A stretch of 64,000 bases of DNA, taken from positions 2,542,001 through 2,606,000 of the forward strand of contig OZ281499.1 in the NCBI GenBank assembly GCA_965637545.1, written 5' to 3'. The notes below the pieces were generated by a model. It saw only the letters and a list, made by a program, of their open reading frames with translations. It was not told where the DNA came from and ran no database searches. Origin of the DNA: Phallusia mammillata (Eukaryota). Position numbers and translations under genes: made by a program. This document shows positions 62,707 to 64,000 of the stretch, one piece after another (position 1 is the first letter of the stretch; each line of letters begins with the position of its first letter).

Positions 62707-63404
62707 CTGTAAAACGCGTAAGTTTAAGTATTTTTAAAGCATGAAAACTAACTTGAAGGTATATTCCTCACTTTATTTAGTTGCGTAGGTGCATAATTTG
62801 TTGACAAAAAGCACAAAATATATTTAACTGTAACTTCAAACTTGAAAACAGTCAATATTTACAATAGCTAGCCAAAAAATTAATTTTGGCAACAACAAAC
62901 TATTCCAGTTTTAAATCTCCTCTATGCTATCGCATGGGTAAAATGTCTGCAATCCGAGTTCAAGGCCAAGGCGATGCGTTCACATGGAAAAAGAGTCATA
63001 AATAATTAAGCAGCATGGGGGCTTATATTCACGAAAACGCCGGGGGTAATAAGTCAAGTGCAACGCCATGTCAATTTCACATGAAGTTGTTTTTACTGCA
63101 AGGAAGGTATAGGTTTGTCATTTGTTTGATTGCAAACCGGCTCGATATTTGAAATGAGAGTTGCGAGACACCAGGGACACCGGCTTCACCAACTAATGTG
63201 TCGCCCTGCTGATTTAATTGTTGGTGACAGCAATCAATAAAGGAGAACCCGGAAAATGGCTTTCACTCAGACGGGGTAAAACCTTTAAGTTGAAGTGATT
63301 CATACAGGCAGTTTAAGAGCATAGTTAGTTAGGTGCAACAGCAGTTTTGTGATTGTTGAGAGTATAACTTACGCACAAATACTGATACAAAATGTGAAAT
63401 GTGT

Positions 63405-63540
63405 TCATAAACGGGTGTAAGTGATGTGGCCCCACATATTACTGATGAAGGCATTAGCATTTGTGATTAAATAAAGAAACGTTTGATTAAATAAAGAACC
63501 TGTTTTTTATGTTTATTTGGACCGTTTTAACTTATAAACA
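63405..63540 (+). mobile_element. Hammerhead family C copy with stem II disrupted
   Basis: Homologous to 3935-4070. AUUA-CUGAUGA-AGGCA...GAAACGUU^UGAU. A duplicated TGATTAAATAAAGA segment replaces the 3' arm of stem II. Confidence 0.6.
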
Positions 63541-64000
63541 GAAAGGAAATGGATCCAATGAAATGAATTACATGGAAGATTAAAGACCGTGTTACTAAGT
63601 TTGTGCACCGAATAGAAAAATCTAAAACCTAAAAAGTGAAGTTTTTTAATAATTGCGTTTAAGAACTAGTTTTAAGTGTTACACTGCCAAACACTTAGTA
63701 GTTTACCATGTTAAAAACTGTTCAAAAAATGGGTGTCTTCATTCTTTATACTAAGTCTCAGGTGACCCGTTTTACAAATATTATGGACAGTCAGTTTAGA
63801 CTTGTTAATCTCAGCCCCTGCTTTGACACATCCTTTTGTGCTTAAAGGTTTAAAAGGCATTAAAAAGGTTTGATTGACACGTCCTGGATTTGCGTTTCAA
63901 GTCTGCTTATACACGCACAGGCAAAAGCTTAAACTGAAGAGCAAATGAGTGTTGACAGCGCATGCAGTTAAGTATGTTGATACCACGTAAAAATATTAGA

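Overview
AT-rich, intron-rich animal genomic DNA. It looks most like an invertebrate chordate such as an ascidian, but that is inference. All gene models were built by hand from splice sites and reading frames. (1) A 17-exon adhesion GPCR on the minus strand (14056-2667; C-type lectin, HRM, GAIN/GPS, 7TM). (2) A cluster of short secreted collagen-like genes (1-279 minus; about 1806-2349 plus, decayed; 20817-17774 minus, collagen + neck + TSP1). (3) An S-adenosylmethionine synthetase (MAT) gene on the plus strand (24735-32805) with six shared exons followed by two complete alternative three-exon 3' cassettes, plus a METTL16-type UACAGAAA motif in intron 2. (4) A single-pass receptor on the minus strand (49183-39725; LDLa x4, TSP1, mucin stalk, TM, NPxF tail). 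(5) Five internal exons of CMSS1 on the minus strand (62706-58039). Introns and intergenic DNA hold many hAT-type MITEs with 8-bp TSDs, a pogo/Tigger-like MITE with an expanded 84-bp tandem array, and tRNA-derived elements. There are also about nine hammerhead-ribozyme motifs from at least four families, including a retrozyme-like tandem pair and one copy in sense orientation inside a MAT intron. The most interesting items are the two-isoenzyme MAT locus with a possible SAM-sensing splice switch and the hammerhead retroelements.
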